A DNA stretch of 63,809 nucleotides, filler included, from Cercozoa sp. M6MM (Eukaryota; Protista; Endomyxa: Ascetosporea): NCBI GenBank assembly GCA_040357565.1. It is 11 parts of 11 records of this genome, joined end to end, with 100 filler letters (N's around TTAATTAATTAA, not from the genome) between each part and the next. Parts side by side here need not be neighbours in the genome. Positions count along the whole stretch, not along the records: positions 58,736 to 61,822 come from JBDODJ010001616.1; positions 61,923 to 63,809 come from JBDODJ010001891.1; 9 more parts are not named here. One strand, 5' to 3'. Positions 61,773 through 63,809 of the stretch are shown one piece after another. The notes under the pieces are model-generated. The model was given only the letters and a program-made list of their open reading frames with translations. It was not told where the DNA came from and did not search any database. A program made the position numbers and the translations under genes. Position 1 is the stretch's first letter. The number at the start of each line of letters is the position of its first letter.

Positions 61773-61922
61773 GTAAATTCCTGTACACTAAATGGTCTGA
61801 CTTTTTTGATCTAAAAAAAAAANNNNNNNNNNNNNNNNNNNNNNNNNNNNNNNNNNNNNNNNNNNNTTAATTAATTAANNNNNNNNNNNNNNNNNNNNNN
61901 NNNNNNNNNNNNNNNNNNNNNN

Positions 61923-63404
61923 CTCCAGCACTCGGAGCGACAGCGACTCGGGCAGTGAGGTTGCGCACGACTCGAGGGATGGCTACAGGGATGGCTACAG
62001 GGACGGTTCCAAGGATGGGTCCATGGATGACTACAGGGACGGTTCCAGGGATGGCTACAGAGACGGTTTCTTTGACGAGCACCGCGTGCTGAACCGTCAC
62101 ATGCTGCGGCAGCACATGCACCGACTCACCGTGTCCTTCCTGGCGCTCTTCGACTGCTTCGTCACGCCGCCTGAGGTGAGACCTCTCCTTACCCCCTACC
62201 CCATACCCTGTAGCCCCCCCCCCCTTACCCCACACCGTCCCAGACGGTGCCGAACCCGTACCTGCGACGGTACACGCGACTGCCGCCGCTGACGAAAGGA
62301 GCCGTCGCTGCCGTGATTGCGAGGTCAGTTTGTTGGTCACGTTGGACCCGGTCATATGGGTCAGTGGTCACCTGGGTCAGTGGTCATGTGGGTCAGTGGT
62401 CACCTGGGTCAGTGGTCATGTGGGTCAGTGGTCATCTGGGTCAGTGGTCACCTGGCTTGGCACGTGGGCAGACTGCCAAAGGCGGCGCTGGAACGCTTCG
62501 AGTTCGAGTGCTTTGGCGCGTCGCTGTCGAAGCGTCGGCAGAACCTGCGTCGCATGGCCGGCGCTTTCGTCGGCAGCACTTCCGCGCGGAAGCTCCTGGT
62601 GCCGCGGCGGTATTGCTCTTAGTATATTAGTTTGCTTCCACGCGGACGGAGATGTGTGTCGCTCAGAGCGGCGGCGCAATGCGCTTTGGACGTGCTGACG
62701 CGCGATGCCATCGTTGAGGTGACCTTCGTGCACCTTTTGCCTCCTACATGTGACCCCCCCCCCCTGGTAGTGCACGATAACACGGCTCGTGAAACAGGCC
62801 GGCGGAGACGAGATTTTCGAGATGTACGAGGAAGTGCGCAGTCGCGCCAACCACGCGCAGGAGCCGCTGCTGACGATCCTCAAGGCGCACCGCTCTGTCG
62901 TTGAGGAGGTGTGCTTTTCCCGCGCCCCCCCCGTACCCCCCCCCTCGCCCTGGGGCCCCGCCCCCCCCCCCCAGCACCTGCCGCGGCATGCGCAGCAGCA
63001 CTTTGTGCAGCGTGCGAAGTCGGCGTCGCCTGTGTTTGCGCGGCCGATGCAGACGGTGTCGGCCACCTTCTCGGTACGAGACCTGTTTACCCCCTCCCGT
63101 GTTACCCCCTCCTGTGTAGTCATGGCTCGGCTTGGAACGCAGGCGGTTGCACTCGATGTCGCCGAGTCACCAGAGCAGTCAGAGCGGCGGTCGAGGCACG
63201 CGCAGTGTCGGCAGCAGTCGTCGCGTGTCGCCTACCAACAACAACAACAGCAACAACAACAACAGCAACAGCAACAGCAACAACAACAACAGCAACATCA
63301 GAAACAACAGTCGCAGCGACGAGAGACACCTCGAACACCACTCACAGCAACGTGCAGCTGCTGCCGTCGGTATTGTCATCAACGACGAGTCGCATTTCTC
63401 CTGA
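61923..63404 (+). CDS. DENND6/FAM116-like protein C-terminus with poly-Asn tail, 5' partial
   Basis: VLNRHMLRQHMHRLTVSFLALFDCFV; PNPYLRRYTRLPPL; RRMAGAFVGSTSARKLLVPRR; LKAHRSVVEE/HLPRHAQ resemble the recalled DENND6 C-terminal region. The spliced last exon reads the CAA/CAG tract as Asn/Ser. Confidence 0.6.
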
Positions 63405-63766
63405 GCCAAGTCTCTAGCAATTTCATTTCATACTAAGTTAGCTTTTAATCGTCCGCTTTCTACAACCCACCGCAATGCTTGAGTTGATTTAACCGACTAC
63501 AACAAAGCTGCCGAGCTTTCAACGACCTTTTCTTCACAAGGATACCTTACGTTAGTTACTGCTTGAACCGTAACAAGTAGCTCGTCTGTGAGGAGAAAAG
63601 TTCGAAGTACAAGGATTTAAACTGCTGCTCGGTCGCTGAGGTGTTGGCTTGGTTGCTTAGTAAACAGAACTAACCGAACTGAACTCATTACTCAGCCAGG
63701 AACTCGTCCGTGTGCCGACCGACAATCATGTAGTCGCCCTGCACGAGAGCGGAAGTAAAGTGAAGT

Positions 63767-63809
<43 letters not shown>

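Noticed and set aside
63235-63300. Poly-Q protein (ORF 62789-63436)
   Set aside because: That ORF reads through introns; splicing places the tract in the Asn/Ser frame ending at 63404.

Overview
Draft genome of an intron-rich, gene-dense unicellular eukaryote; no prokaryotic features were found. The window is about 11 contigs joined by artificial 100-nt linkers (N44-TTAATTAATTAA-N44), so gene order across linkers carries no information. Most real genes are split into 30-250-nt exons by introns of about 50-200 nt, so the ORF track misses or garbles them; I spliced them by hand. Family assignments rest on recalled motifs, not database searches. Recognisable genes: a long ABCC/MRP transporter, NECAP, a PH-TBC-TLDc protein, an Arp2/actin first exon, a ZupT-type ZIP transporter, NPRL2, GEMIN2, purine nucleoside phosphorylase, PPME1, MCM8, a truncated IFT144/WDR19-like propeller, the Tudor-SN C-terminus, a TmcB-like PAS protein and a DENND6-like protein. 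Mobile DNA: a Ty3/Gypsy LTR element lacking gag and protease, inserted in the loop of a perfect 22-bp inverted repeat, and the 3' end of a LINE. The most notable observations are: (1) an unusual intron grammar, with nearly information-free GT/NAG splice sites, sense-strand telomere-like TTTACCCC runs and donor-seeded minisatellites; (2) an intron-containing, signal-peptide-bearing ProX/OpuAC-like solute-binding protein beside a putative GPI-anchored coiled-coil stalk protein; (3) a stand-alone IFT144-like propeller with a long disordered repeat arm.
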